The position numbers and the translations under genes were made by a program. From the IMG/VR virus record IMGVR_UViG_3300007352_000004: 51,039 nucleotides of DNA; one strand, given 5' to 3'. Source of the DNA: a virus. Within the stretch, counting starts at the first letter, position 1; each line of letters starts with the position of its first letter. The notes beneath the pieces were generated by a model that saw nothing but the letters and a program-made list of their open reading frames with translations, was not told the origin of the DNA and ran no database searches. Below, in pieces: positions 1 through 9,112 of the stretch.

Positions 1-99
1 AACTTTCCGCGAGGCGTGACCATTCCCACAAACGAGAGCGGCGTCATGAGTGAAGAAATATCGGGCTGGGCCATTCCCAGCAACGCGCTACGCAGTGTT
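1..99. repeat. terminal 99-bp overlap identical to 50941..51039 (circular-closure signature)
   Basis: Direct comparison shows bases 1-99 equal bases 50941-51039. A minus-strand reading frame continues across the junction without a stop. Confidence 0.95.
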
Positions 100-236
100 T
101 CTTGCGCCCATCGCTGCTCATCTCCCAATCGCGCTGCCGAACCCCATGATCGACTAGCTCCTGACGTGGGGGGCGGCAGCCATTGATTGACCTGCTGCGC
201 CCATTGTTGGCCTACTGGCCAGCGGTACTCAGCCAT
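1..236 (-). CDS. N-terminal part of a hypothetical virion-module protein split by the window ends (continues in 50550..51039)
   Basis: The minus-strand frame upstream of the TTG at 83 (=51023) stays open to an ATG at 236..234. That ATG abuts the TAA (239..237) of the upstream gene. Joined CDS = 100..236 + 50550..51039 = 627 nt (208 aa), starting MAEYRWPVGQQWAQQVNQW. Confidence 0.65.
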   Translation of the reverse strand, partial: MAEYRWPVGQQWAQQVNQWLPPPTSGASRSWGSAARLGDEQRWAQETLRSALLGMAQPDISSLMTPLSFVGMVTPRGK

Positions 237-896
237 TTAGGCCCTCCGGGTGACCGGCGTGCGAATCGGCATCGGCGGCGGCATGTAGGGCGAGGTCATC
301 GCCTGCGACAGCAGGTTCGCCATTTCCTGCGACGGCGCGCCGAATTGCGCCGTATTGGCCACGTAGCGGCCAGCTTCCGATGGCGCTCCGTACTGGGCCG
401 CCAGCTTCACCATGTTGTGCCCGACCCCGCCGGTGCCGCCCCACTGCTGCATCTGCTTCAGGCGCGGGTCGTCCTTGCCCAGCGGGTTGTTGTTGTACAG
501 GTAGTCGGCCATGTACTGGGAGCCCGCCATCCAGGGCTGCCAGTTCTCGGCCACGCGATCCAGCACCGTGTTCGAAGTCGAGGGGAACAGCGGCATCGAC
601 GCGATGTCGTAGCGCGGACCCAGGTTGTAGAACTCCAGGCCCGGCACTTCCGCCGACATCTGGTCGCCCGCGCGCGGCAGGATCGGGGACGGCAGCCGCC
701 ACATGCCGGTGCCACCCTCGGGGGTGTCAAACATGCCGGAGAACAGCCACTCCCCAAAGCGCTCCTGACCCTGCGGAAATATAGGTGGTAGAGGATTGGG
801 ATTGATCTCATCTTGACCACCACCAGCCACGGCACCAGCGATGCCAGCACCGGCCGTAAGCAATGAGATAAGCGGGCCGATTCCGATTTGCGGCAT
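237..896 (-). CDS. hypothetical virion-module protein (Gly/Pro/Met-rich; possible internal or ejection protein)
   Basis: 219-aa ORF with an ATG at 896, packed 1 nt from the upstream gene stop. It lies in the late operon after the tail-like genes. No recognisable motif. Confidence 0.6.
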   Translation of the reverse strand: MPQIGIGPLISLLTAGAGIAGAVAGGGQDEINPNPLPPIFPQGQERFGEWLFSGMFDTPEGGTGMWRLPSPILPRAGDQMSAEVPGLEFYNLGPRYDIASMPLFPSTSNTVLDRVAENWQPWMAGSQYMADYLYNNNPLGKDDPRLKQMQQWGGTGGVGHNMVKLAAQYGAPSEAGRYVANTAQFGAPSQEMANLLSQAMTSPYMPPPMPIRTPVTRRA

Positions 897-897
897 G

Positions 898-1257
898 TTA
901 CTCCACCCTCCCCAGGAACGGGATCCAGTCCTGACGCCGCAGCCCCAACCGTTCCAGGTATCCGGCGTGTTCTTCCGACGCAGCGTGTGTCATATAAACC
1001 CCGCGTCCAATGTCTTTAAGTATACGATGAACTCTGTCGAACATCCTCTTGGCAATAAAGCCTTTTCGCATCGCTGGGTCGATCCATACAGGCTCGATCA
1101 GGACCCGCGTCTGGATGATCCAGAACCCCACGATTTTGCCCTTTTCCTCGGCCACCACGACGCGGCAGATGCCCGGCACGGGACGGGATTCCGGCTGGAG
1201 CCAGTCGATCGCGTCGAGGCGGCAGAATTCGCGCGGCGGTAGTTCTCGGACCATCAT
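898..1257 (-). CDS. GNAT-family N-acetyltransferase-like protein
   Basis: 119 aa. The segment KIVGFWIIQTRVLIEPVWIDPAMRKGFIAKRMFDRV...YLERLGL resembles the GNAT beta4-alpha3 acetyl-CoA-binding core and the C-terminal Y..GF-type end. Its start overlaps the upstream stop. Confidence 0.5.
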   Translation of the reverse strand: MMVRELPPREFCRLDAIDWLQPESRPVPGICRVVVAEEKGKIVGFWIIQTRVLIEPVWIDPAMRKGFIAKRMFDRVHRILKDIGRGVYMTHAASEEHAGYLERLGLRRQDWIPFLGRVE

Positions 1258-1787
1258 CCGTTGTAGCTCCAGAGAACCCAGGAAGTCAGGCTCCCCTTGA
1301 CGTAGAGGAAGATCGCCGAGGACAGCCCCGTCCGCAGGACTACATCGGCCCCGGTCAGGGTCAGGATGCGGTTCCCGGCCGTGGACCCGATATCGGCGTT
1401 TTTGATCGTCATCTCCTGGGCGGTCGTGTTCAGCAGGAACAGCAGATGCCGCGGGCGGGCGTTTTGGACCCAGGCCGTGGTCTGGAATCCGGTCACCGCA
1501 AATGCCCCCGTCGGGCCCGTGATGCTGATGACCGAGATGGCTTCCCCGTCGTCGCCGGAAATCACGATATCGTCGTTGTCGCCGTTGGCCAGCGTCTTGA
1601 TCTTGCCTTCCAGATCGCTGATGCGGCGAATTGTCAGCTCGGTTGTACCACCTGCTTTATTGAAGTCGCCGGAGACGAACGGGAAGCGCTCGTCCCGCAG
1701 GTACTTGCCCGCGGTCCAGTAATCGCGGCGCTCGTCTTCCAGGGCCCGGACGCGCTTTTCAAGGGCGGCTAATTGCTGGTCATTCAT
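1254..1787 (-). CDS. fibre-like structural protein (N-terminal coiled coil, beta-rich C-terminus)
   Basis: 177 aa. The N-terminus MNDQQLAALEKRVRALEDERR looks like a coiled coil, followed by a Thr/Gly/Ile-rich beta-like region. It overlaps the upstream gene by 1 nt. Confidence 0.55.
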   Translation of the reverse strand: MNDQQLAALEKRVRALEDERRDYWTAGKYLRDERFPFVSGDFNKAGGTTELTIRRISDLEGKIKTLANGDNDDIVISGDDGEAISVISITGPTGAFAVTGFQTTAWVQNARPRHLLFLLNTTAQEMTIKNADIGSTAGNRILTLTGADVVLRTGLSSAIFLYVKGSLTSWVLWSYNG

Positions 1788-3397
1788 TAGCTTTGCTTAT
1801 ACCCCGCCGCTTTCGAGACATTCGCGTAAGTGCATGGCAGCGACACTTGCGCGACCTGGACCCGCAACTCGGGCGGGAACTCCAGGTGAATCTGAAAGAA
1901 GTTGCCAGTCACCTTGAGGTCCACCCAGGTAGCCTGCCAGTCCTCGCTCCCTTCGGCCAGGGCGTAGAGGTCGACCGTCACCTCCGCGCTGGTTGGGCGC
2001 GACTGCTGGCGTGCCGTGACCTTGACGCTGGCGCTGGGGCGCTGGTCCGATTGCGTTGAGCCGTGGAGCCCGGCGAGCGCCCAGACCAGCAAGAGCCGCT
2101 GGCAGGTGTACTCGTCGCCCGGCGAGCCCACCACGAACACCCCCGAGCGCAGCGTCGCGGGCCGCTCGCGCGGCGCTCCGATGCCGGAGGCGTTGTAGGC
2201 CCAGCGGTATTGGGACCGCGACGATTCGTTGGGCAGCAGCGCCAGGTTCATGGTCGTCCCCATGCCAGCCGGGGTCGAGCGCTGGAACCCTTCCCAGGCT
2301 CCGATGAAATCGCTCGAATAGACGTGCCGCCCCCAGGTCCCGCTCTCGAAATCAAAGCTGTAGTGCGGGACGGCGGCGTTCTGGATCGGGATCAGGTGAT
2401 ACCGCAGCCTTGGGTCGGGCTCGGACACCTCCTGGTTGCCCCCGGCGAACAACGCGCCACCCGACGGCATCCCGTAGTCCATGCGGGTAGCGATGCCGCG
2501 AAACAGCACTCCCCTGGCCGCGTGGCGCAGGACTTCGCGGCGCACTTCCCGGCCGATGCGGTTGGGCTGGAAGCTCTTGTCCATGTGGTAGACGTCATCC
2601 TGGCCGACCCAGAACATGTTGTTGTTATAGTCGTCCAGGCTGGACGGATAGGGGCAGCCCGCGCCGGCCGCCCGCACCAGGTTCTCGAACCGGATGGGGG
2701 CCGTACCCGAGCCTGTCGCGTACCCCAGGGTGATGCCCGCCCCGCGGGGGATGACCACGATGTTTTCGATCGTCCGCAGGCCAGTGATCTCATCGGGGGT
2801 TTCGGTCAGGACAGTCTGGCCCGAGCCGGTCCCGGTCCAGTTGGTCTCATCGCCCGCGATCGACCACCCCACGGCGCGCCGGTAGAGATGCCCGCCCGCC
2901 GAGCCGCCGTGGGCGCCGATCGCGCGGCTGTACAGGCCGGTGACGTAGCGCCAGGGAGCGGTGGTCATGACCGTATAGTCGGTCGTGGTGGGGTCATGGC
3001 GCAGCACGCCGTTGAGGGCGTTGTTGCCGATCAGGAAGACGCCGTTGACGATGGCGATGTTGTGGGTCTCCACACTCGCCAGCCCCACGGTGCCGCCGCC
3101 TGATTGCGTCAGATTCGATCCGGTCGGCCCCTGGACGAAGGTATCGTTGCTCTTGATCCCCACCGAATAGGGATTGTCTTCGTTCCACCAGACGCCCTTG
3201 CCGAACGTGAACGTCGCCCCCGAAGGATCCGGCCAATAGGTATAGGTATCCTCGTGGAGCGGCGGGCGCATCCTCGCCACGCCGTCCTCGAAGACAAAGT
3301 TGAGGCCCTCGGCGGCCTGGTCGGGCCGCACACGGATGAGCGGGTCCTGGAGGTTCAGGCCCTTGGCGGGCACCCAGTCGATTTGACCGTCAGCCAT
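1787..3397 (-). CDS. large tail/nozzle-like structural protein (function inferred from position only)
   Basis: 536-aa ORF with ordinary protein-like composition. It sits where tail tubular protein B lies in a T7-like gene order. No motif recognised. Confidence 0.55.
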   Translation of the reverse strand: MADGQIDWVPAKGLNLQDPLIRVRPDQAAEGLNFVFEDGVARMRPPLHEDTYTYWPDPSGATFTFGKGVWWNEDNPYSVGIKSNDTFVQGPTGSNLTQSGGGTVGLASVETHNIAIVNGVFLIGNNALNGVLRHDPTTTDYTVMTTAPWRYVTGLYSRAIGAHGGSAGGHLYRRAVGWSIAGDETNWTGTGSGQTVLTETPDEITGLRTIENIVVIPRGAGITLGYATGSGTAPIRFENLVRAAGAGCPYPSSLDDYNNNMFWVGQDDVYHMDKSFQPNRIGREVRREVLRHAARGVLFRGIATRMDYGMPSGGALFAGGNQEVSEPDPRLRYHLIPIQNAAVPHYSFDFESGTWGRHVYSSDFIGAWEGFQRSTPAGMGTTMNLALLPNESSRSQYRWAYNASGIGAPRERPATLRSGVFVVGSPGDEYTCQRLLLVWALAGLHGSTQSDQRPSASVKVTARQQSRPTSAEVTVDLYALAEGSEDWQATWVDLKVTGNFFQIHLEFPPELRVQVAQVSLPCTYANVSKAAGYKQS

Positions 3398-3521
3398 TTG
3401 GTGTTATACTCGCTACCGGCACCGCCAAGCGCGCCCAGCGACAAATACCGCGCTGGTTGAGAGTTGGGCATCGCTGAAAGGTAGCCAGCGACCGAACGCA
3501 GCGAGAGCGGCGGTGCCACTT

Positions 3522-4268
3522 CTATCCATGGCTATACCTCGAATGGCGCGGGTTGATTGAATAATCCGCGTCCAGGTTCTCGCGAATCGTCTTGGTTTCC
3601 AGCAGATCGTTCCACAGCCGGGGGATGATCCCCAACTCGTAGGAGACCTGCTTCTTGGTCGAGCCCATGCGGGGCAGCGGCGACTTCATGACCAGCATCT
3701 GGGCCTTCTGCATCGATTCGAGCGAGTTGTCGTAGTGATACAGCTCGTAGAGGGCCTCGAACGTCAGCAGTCGTTCCCATTCAATCGGGATCACAATCTG
3801 ATGGCTGGCAAGCTCCGACAGGTCGTTGGGGTCGGTAATATCCGGCATCGACCAGTAACGGACCCGCAGGGTGTCGCTCGAACTCGAAGGGCGCGGATTC
3901 AGCTCCAGGATGTCGCCCGTGCGGCCGCGCGCGTAGCTGTAGGGCTTGGACGATACGGCGGTCGATTGGGCATCGTAGAGGCGACCGTCGCGCGGCACCA
4001 GCCGGTGATAGGTCCCCGACGCCGCGTTGTAGTACCGGATCGAGATGATCCCGGCCAGCGGCGGGTCGAGCGTCGCGATGCTGACCTCGGGGTCGTTGGC
4101 GGTGACGGCGATTTCGGTGGAAAGCCGCTGGAGTTCCGGGAACGGGACTTTGTTGCAGATCGAAAGATAGGCGTTGCGGACGGCGATCAGGCCGAAGTTG
4201 CGGTAGTCATCGGCGCGGGTAAGGATGTCCTTGACGCAGGTATCGCGGATTTCGCCCAAGGTGCTCAT
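3522..4268 (-). CDS. putative head-tail adaptor or tail tubular A-like protein (position-based)
   Basis: 248 aa. It has an ATGA overlap with the upstream zinc-ribbon gene and lies between the capsid and tail-like genes. Confidence 0.5.
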   Translation of the reverse strand: MSTLGEIRDTCVKDILTRADDYRNFGLIAVRNAYLSICNKVPFPELQRLSTEIAVTANDPEVSIATLDPPLAGIISIRYYNAASGTYHRLVPRDGRLYDAQSTAVSSKPYSYARGRTGDILELNPRPSSSSDTLRVRYWSMPDITDPNDLSELASHQIVIPIEWERLLTFEALYELYHYDNSLESMQKAQMLVMKSPLPRMGSTKKQVSYELGIIPRLWNDLLETKTIRENLDADYSINPRHSRYSHG

Positions 4269-4468
4269 TCATCACCGTCGATCTCCGAATAGCCGCAAGG
4301 CTTGCACTTGCGCTTGCGGGCGCTGATCGTCGTCAGGGGCTCGCCGCAAGTGGGACAGTGGCCCGGCTGGCGCGGGAAGCTGCTGGTGACGACCAGCGGA
4401 GTCGCTACTTCTTCCGCTTGGGCTTCTTCTTTTTGGCTACTTTCCCACCAGTTTGTTCGTGATCCCAT
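4265..4468 (-). CDS. small zinc-ribbon protein
   Basis: 67 aa with CPTCG...CKPCG (two CxxC pairs). A GGAG lies upstream of the ATG. Confidence 0.6.
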   Translation of the reverse strand: MGSRTNWWESSQKEEAQAEEVATPLVVTSSFPRQPGHCPTCGEPLTTISARKRKCKPCGYSEIDGDE

Positions 4469-4534
4469 CGTTTTGCGATCTCCGGGTGTTTGGCGTGCAT
4501 GAAACGGCGCTGCTTTGCTGATTTGTAGGGCACA

Positions 4535-4792
4535 TCACCCTCCCAACTCCTCCGGCCCCGGCGCGAACCAGGCCCAGTCCTGCGCGCGGGTGTCGGCCCC
4601 TTCGTGGTCCATGCCGTTGGACAGCGTTTCCTGGATGATCCGCTCGCGCTGGACTACGTCAAGATTGTCCGTGCAATGCGGCAGACAGACCAGCAGGCCG
4701 CGCTGCATTCGGAGTTCCGACATTCTGTAGTGAACGCCGCAGCGATCACATGTTTTCCACTGTTCGCCGGTGATGCCGTGAAGGCGTCTCAT
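4535..4792 (-). CDS. small Cys-rich hypothetical protein
   Basis: 85 aa with CDRCG...CLPHC. It is tightly spaced from the upstream gene (stop at 4795). Confidence 0.55.
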   Translation of the reverse strand: MRRLHGITGEQWKTCDRCGVHYRMSELRMQRGLLVCLPHCTDNLDVVQRERIIQETLSNGMDHEGADTRAQDWAWFAPGPEELGG

Positions 4793-4794
4793 GG

Positions 4795-5109
4795 TCAGTC
4801 AATATAAATGTCGATCGCGCCCTGTTCGAGCGCCTCCAGGTACAGACCCTTGAAAACGCCGTCGACCTCCAGGATGACCTCGTTGAAGTCGTGGCTGGTA
4901 TCGGCGGGCCAGACTCTTTTAAAGACGTCATGAAAGTCCGCGTCGCGGATGTGGGCGACCGACCCCGCCGTGATCTTCGAGTCGGTCTGGTTTCTCCAGA
5001 TAATCCTCTTAACGCCCACGTAGCCCTCCGGCCAGGTGTTTTGATACCCGATGATTCCGGGGGCGTCTCCCTCGTAGACGTGCCACACGTTGCCGCTGAA
5101 ATCCGCCAT
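4795..5109 (-). CDS. hypothetical structural-module protein
   Basis: 104 aa. A GGAGG Shine-Dalgarno precedes the ATG at 5109. Composition is protein-like. Confidence 0.6.
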   Translation of the reverse strand: MADFSGNVWHVYEGDAPGIIGYQNTWPEGYVGVKRIIWRNQTDSKITAGSVAHIRDADFHDVFKRVWPADTSHDFNEVILEVDGVFKGLYLEALEQGAIDIYID

Positions 5110-5168
5110 CCTGCCTCCGAAATACCTGGGGGCCGCCCGCTAAAACAGCCCCCAGGCTGACGTCAAAA

Positions 5169-6101
5169 CTAGGTGACGACCACAGGCTCCAAGATGCCCG
5201 AGGTATCCACGGTGTCGGTGCCGTAGTTCTCGAAGCAGCCCATCGAACCCGCGTCGATCGTGACGCCGCCCGCCACGGGGTCGACGTTCGGGGTCCAGAG
5301 ATAGTTGTTGGCGATGACGCCCGTGCAGGCCGAATCCAGATCGATCCCCAGCCCGGTGGCATGGATCTGATCGATGTAGTTGCGGCGGATGCTGCCGCGG
5401 GTCGCGACATTGCCGGTGAGGTTGTTGATCGGAGCCGCCGACCAGGTGCCCCAGAAGACGTTGTCTTCGATGGCCCACAGGTCCGGGGTTCCGGCGAGCC
5501 GGACGCCCGCCGCAGGGCCGGTCGTGCCGCCGCCGTCAAACACGTTTCCGATGACCCTGAGGCCATTGGCCGTGGTGGTCGCCCCGGTCAGGACCCCGAC
5601 ATCGGCCTGGCCGCCGGAATCGCCGCACACGATGAGATTGCCCTGAAGGGTGAAGTGCTGGCCCGCCACCGACACGATGGCGTCGATGCCGTCAAAGCCG
5701 GTGCCGTCGATGATGCAGCCATAGAGCACGCAGTTGGCGGCCGTCACCGAGATGGATGCCGTATCGACCGTCCCCAAGTTGATGGTTGGCCGGGCTGCCC
5801 CGTACCCCAGGCCCCAGACGATCACGCCTGCGACATCGAAAGTGATTCCGCCGGCGGCCGAGATGGTCTCGACATGGCCCGGCATCACCAGGATGACATC
5901 GGCGCGCCCCGCAGTGCAGCGCCCGATGGCGTAGTCGATCGACGCGAAGGGATTGTCGGGCGAGATGCCGTTGCCGGGCGCGTTCTGGCCCGTGGTGGAC
6001 TTCACCCAGAAAACCTGCCCGCCGGTGACCGGAATAGCCCCGGCCCCCACCTGCGGGATGCCGTAGCTGGAAACCCCATTGGGGAAATTCGTCAGACTCA
6101 T
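5169..6101 (-). CDS. right-handed parallel beta-helix repeat protein (pectate-lyase-fold-like; head fibre or depolymerase candidate)
   Basis: 310 aa with recurring PbH1-like turns: NCVLYGCIIDG, LQGNLIVCGD, RVIGNVFDGGG, IEDNVFWG, IRRNYIDQ, IANNYLW. A GAGGAGG SD precedes the ATG. Confidence 0.65.
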   Translation of the reverse strand: MSLTNFPNGVSSYGIPQVGAGAIPVTGGQVFWVKSTTGQNAPGNGISPDNPFASIDYAIGRCTAGRADVILVMPGHVETISAAGGITFDVAGVIVWGLGYGAARPTINLGTVDTASISVTAANCVLYGCIIDGTGFDGIDAIVSVAGQHFTLQGNLIVCGDSGGQADVGVLTGATTTANGLRVIGNVFDGGGTTGPAAGVRLAGTPDLWAIEDNVFWGTWSAAPINNLTGNVATRGSIRRNYIDQIHATGLGIDLDSACTGVIANNYLWTPNVDPVAGGVTIDAGSMGCFENYGTDTVDTSGILEPVVVT

Positions 6102-6125
6102 CAGATGCCTCCTCGTTGGGACATT

Positions 6126-6147
6126 CCCTGGCCGCGTACAGCCAGGG
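6126..6147 (-). terminator. stem-loop between the major capsid gene and the next gene (attenuator or RNA-stability hairpin candidate)
   Basis: CCCTGGC (6126-6132) and GCCAGGG (6141-6147) form a perfect 7-bp GC-rich stem with an 8-nt loop. No U-tract follows on the minus strand. Confidence 0.3.
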
Positions 6148-6275
6148 GTGCCTCGGGGACTGAGAACCCCGACTTACCCGGTTTTTCCCGCATACCTTAC
6201 GGGCGGCCTGCCATTCAGGTGCTACTTGCCCTTTTCAGAACGCTCGCTATCTTGCTCCCGCACCAGGACTTACTG

Positions 6276-7184
6276 CTACGGGGTGCTACCTGCCCATCCG
6301 CGCCAGTCCGTGGCCCCTGACGTGAACCTGGCGTGCAGCGAGTGCTTTGCGCTTTTCGTCTCGAAATCGTCGGTCGAGTCAATGACGGGGCGCTTGCGCC
6401 AGAAGAACTTGACGTAGTTGCACTCGCTCGACGACACGAACCACGCGGTTGTCGAGGTCAGCCAGTGCAGCACGTGGGGCTTCAGGCGCCCCTGGACGGT
6501 GTTGATGGCGTTGTTGCCGGTGTCGGGATCGAATTGGGACCCCAGGATCTTCTGCGCCAAAAATTGCAGATCCGGCGGGAACCACAGGTCGGTCGGGGTG
6601 CACCGCATCCGCATCCCGGTTTCCGACGGGATGTTCTCATAGAGCAGCAGTATGTTCTGCAAGGCCGTGACGCCAAGCGTCGCATCCGGGTTGAGCCGGT
6701 TGCCGTAAGTGGCGGTGGTGATCGCGCCTTTGGAGGGGTCCAGCAACGGGTGGGCGGTGTTGAACAGCGACACCCCGTCGGCGGTCAGCATGGTCGTGAA
6801 CCCCAGATTCAGTGGTTCAGCGCCTTTCTGCTCGACCCGCTGCCGCATGGCCTTAATGAGTTCCTGGGGGATCTGGCGGATCTTGCCGTACTGGTCGTCG
6901 TCGATCATCTCCTCGGTGACCTGGAAGGCCAGCGCGAAGGTGTCGTGGGTGTAGCGCTTCGACCCCCCTTGAATCGGGTCGTCGTAAGCGATCGGGGTGC
7001 CTTCCGGCTTGGCGCGCGCCAGCCCCAGCCCGCCCAGGATCTGGTCCTGTTCATAAGGCCGGTCCGAGGTCTGGACTTTGCAGAATTGCGAGTATTCCTC
7101 GGGGTGTTCCTTGAGCCATTCGAACATGACCTCGGACAGCCCGGGAGCCATCAATTGGGAAAAGTTTGCTCGTAGTGTCGCCAT
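6276..7184 (-). CDS. major capsid protein (HK97-fold-like)
   Basis: 302 aa with a strong GAGGAG SD. It lies downstream of the portal and scaffold-like genes. Length and composition are typical of HK97-type capsid proteins. The call rests on context plus general resemblance, not on a search. Confidence 0.75.
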   Translation of the reverse strand: MATLRANFSQLMAPGLSEVMFEWLKEHPEEYSQFCKVQTSDRPYEQDQILGGLGLARAKPEGTPIAYDDPIQGGSKRYTHDTFALAFQVTEEMIDDDQYGKIRQIPQELIKAMRQRVEQKGAEPLNLGFTTMLTADGVSLFNTAHPLLDPSKGAITTATYGNRLNPDATLGVTALQNILLLYENIPSETGMRMRCTPTDLWFPPDLQFLAQKILGSQFDPDTGNNAINTVQGRLKPHVLHWLTSTTAWFVSSSECNYVKFFWRKRPVIDSTDDFETKSAKHSLHARFTSGATDWRGWAGSTP

Positions 7185-7193
7185 GATCGCTCC

Positions 7194-7748
7194 TCAGGCA
7201 GCCAGCGCCGCCGACGCAAAGGTACACAGCACGAAGGCGCTGTTGTTGGGGTCGACTCCCCGAATGTGAACCGCGTGGCGCGGATCGGTCCCGGTCGTGA
7301 GCGAATCCACGCACCAGTAGCCGTTGGCCTGCAAATTCAGGTCGTAGCGGGTGGCCGGCTCGACCAGGGTCTGGGTGAAGGTCTGGCCATCAAGCAAGGC
7401 GATGCGCCAGAGGTGGTTGCGCGGCCGGATGACCGCGACTTTGCCGTCGACCATCGGCGATCCGACGGCGGTCGTGACGGCAGAGGTCTGATTCTGGGGC
7501 GTGCCGCCCTCGTTGCCTTGGGTGGCGGTATTGGCCGTAGTCAGGTTGTGGCCGCGCTCGGCCGAGATGCCGTAGATCAGCTCGGAGCCGCCAAAATCAT
7601 CGGACACCACCCGCGCGAAACCGTCGGAATCAATGAAGATCGGGACTCCGATCGCGAATGTCTCGGCGTCGTCCTCCGGGATCCTTTCGTGTTGTGGGAA
7701 TCCGTCGCCTTCGCGGTACCACAGCTGAATCGGTGCAGCTGCCGCCAT
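7194..7748 (-). CDS. hypothetical capsid-associated protein (decoration or auxiliary candidate)
   Basis: 184 aa. A perfect AGGAGG SD precedes the ATG at 7748. It lies immediately upstream of the capsid gene. Confidence 0.6.
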   Translation of the reverse strand: MAAAAPIQLWYREGDGFPQHERIPEDDAETFAIGVPIFIDSDGFARVVSDDFGGSELIYGISAERGHNLTTANTATQGNEGGTPQNQTSAVTTAVGSPMVDGKVAVIRPRNHLWRIALLDGQTFTQTLVEPATRYDLNLQANGYWCVDSLTTGTDPRHAVHIRGVDPNNSAFVLCTFASAALAA

Positions 7749-7761
7749 AGGGATTTACCTC

Positions 7762-8238
7762 CTAATCTCGTTGCTCCTGGCTGATCGTGATCGGGACGCC
7801 AGATTCCCGAGCAAATTGCTGTAAGGCCGGAGAAAATCCCGCCGGGGAGCTGCGGTCGTGCTCCAGGGCCTCGGCGGCCTCCAGAGTCTTGATGGCGTCG
7901 TAGATTTCGAGATCTACGTGCATCAGGATGCCGTCCCCATGGCGGTGCGTCATGTCCTGCATGTGCCACTTGGTCATGGCTTTCGAGTTGCCGCCCGCGG
8001 CTTTGCCGTGCGGGGTTTTGACGATTTGGTACCCCATGCCCTCAAAATGCGTGATTAGATCCGGGTGGCACCAGATGTAGACTTTGCCGGTGTCCTTGTC
8101 GGCGACATCGCGGCCGTGGTGGGCTCGCAGCCTCGCGCGGTCCTGTTGGACGCGGCGCAGCAGCGCGACCTTGGCGTCGCGCTCTTTGTCGGCGGCGTCG
8201 GCGGGGGCGATTTCTTCGAGGGTGAGCTTTTCAGGCAT
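7762..8238 (-). CDS. hypothetical head-module protein
   Basis: 158 aa. The ATG at 8238 abuts the stop of the scaffold-like gene. Confidence 0.6.
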   Translation of the reverse strand: MPEKLTLEEIAPADAADKERDAKVALLRRVQQDRARLRAHHGRDVADKDTGKVYIWCHPDLITHFEGMGYQIVKTPHGKAAGGNSKAMTKWHMQDMTHRHGDGILMHVDLEIYDAIKTLEAAEALEHDRSSPAGFSPALQQFARESGVPITISQEQRD

Positions 8239-9075
8239 CTATTTCTCCACCGGCCTTGGCCGCTGCACGTCGGAATCGAATGTCATCAGCGGCACTTCCA
8301 TGCCGTTGCGGACGACTCGGGCCTTGGCCCAGGCCGATTGCAGGATCTTGCGCCCGGTGCGGTCGGATTTCGAGCGCTGCTCGTCATAGAACTTCCGCCC
8401 GGCCTTGTAGCGGTCTTCCGAGATGCCGAAGATGTCGGCGGCGACCAGCTTCTCCTCGTCGTCGAGGGAATCTTTCGACGGCGCGGCGGGCTGACCGCGG
8501 AGCGAGGGGGCGGCGGGGCCGCCATTCTGCTTGGCTCTCCGCATGGCGTCGGTGATCTCCTGGGCGTGTTCGCCCTTGACGGCCTTGGCGGCGATCTTCC
8601 AGACTTCCGGATTGGTCTGATGGGGCTCGTAGCGCTGGCGGACGAAATCGGCGACCTCGGCCTCGTACATCTGGAACACCATGGGCTCGGCCCGCCGGGC
8701 CGATTCAATCGCCATTTCGCGGTCGCGGGGGAAATTCTGGGCGGCCTGCTGCTGGGCGAACTCGGCCAGCCGCCGCTGCATCGCGAAATCGTTCAGGGTG
8801 AGCAGCTTGGTGGGGTCCTGCCAGATTTGGTCGGTCAACTGCTGTTGCAAGGCCGCCTGATCCTGGGGCCTCGGGGCCTGCGGTTGCGCGACGGCCTGCT
8901 GGAGGGCCTGAAACCGTGCCGCCATGTCGCGCGCGGTCTGCTCGGCGGCGGCGACGCGGGTTTCCAGGGCCTTGTCGGGGGCCGGTTTGGGCTTCTCGGT
9001 GACTTCGGGGGCCGTTTCCTGGCCCTGTTCCGCGAAAAGTTCGGCTTGCTGGGTTTCTACCGGGTCATCTGCCAT
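8239..9075 (-). CDS. scaffolding-like protein
   Basis: Gln/Ala/Glu-rich, helical-looking protein between the portal and capsid genes. I prefer the ATG at 9075 (MADDPVETQQ) over the upstream TTG at 9156 used by the ORF track. Confidence 0.55.
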   Translation of the reverse strand: MADDPVETQQAELFAEQGQETAPEVTEKPKPAPDKALETRVAAAEQTARDMAARFQALQQAVAQPQAPRPQDQAALQQQLTDQIWQDPTKLLTLNDFAMQRRLAEFAQQQAAQNFPRDREMAIESARRAEPMVFQMYEAEVADFVRQRYEPHQTNPEVWKIAAKAVKGEHAQEITDAMRRAKQNGGPAAPSLRGQPAAPSKDSLDDEEKLVAADIFGISEDRYKAGRKFYDEQRSKSDRTGRKILQSAWAKARVVRNGMEVPLMTFDSDVQRPRPVEK

Positions 9076-9112
9076 GGTTTTCAAGGTGTTCGGGCGGGAC
9101 AGCGCCAAAAGG

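Noticed and set aside
1-99. Interpretation of the 99-bp end duplication as a genuine T7-style direct terminal repeat
   Set aside because: The repeat lies in the middle of an open reading frame that only becomes complete on circularisation, and its length equals a common assembler k-mer. A physical DTR cannot be fully excluded without read-end analysis.
183-850. Several overlapping ORFs (183..791 +, 229..702 -, 380..784 +, 458..850 -) over the 237..896 gene
   Set aside because: Their translations are Arg/Ala/Gly/Pro-rich, typical of off-frame shadows in high-GC DNA. Only the 237..896 frame has an ordinary composition and packs against its neighbours.
2063-3103. 346-aa plus-strand ORF antisense to the 536-aa structural gene
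   Set aside because: It has a low-complexity Arg/Gly/Ala/Pro composition, no SD and no operon context. It is a shadow of 1787..3397.
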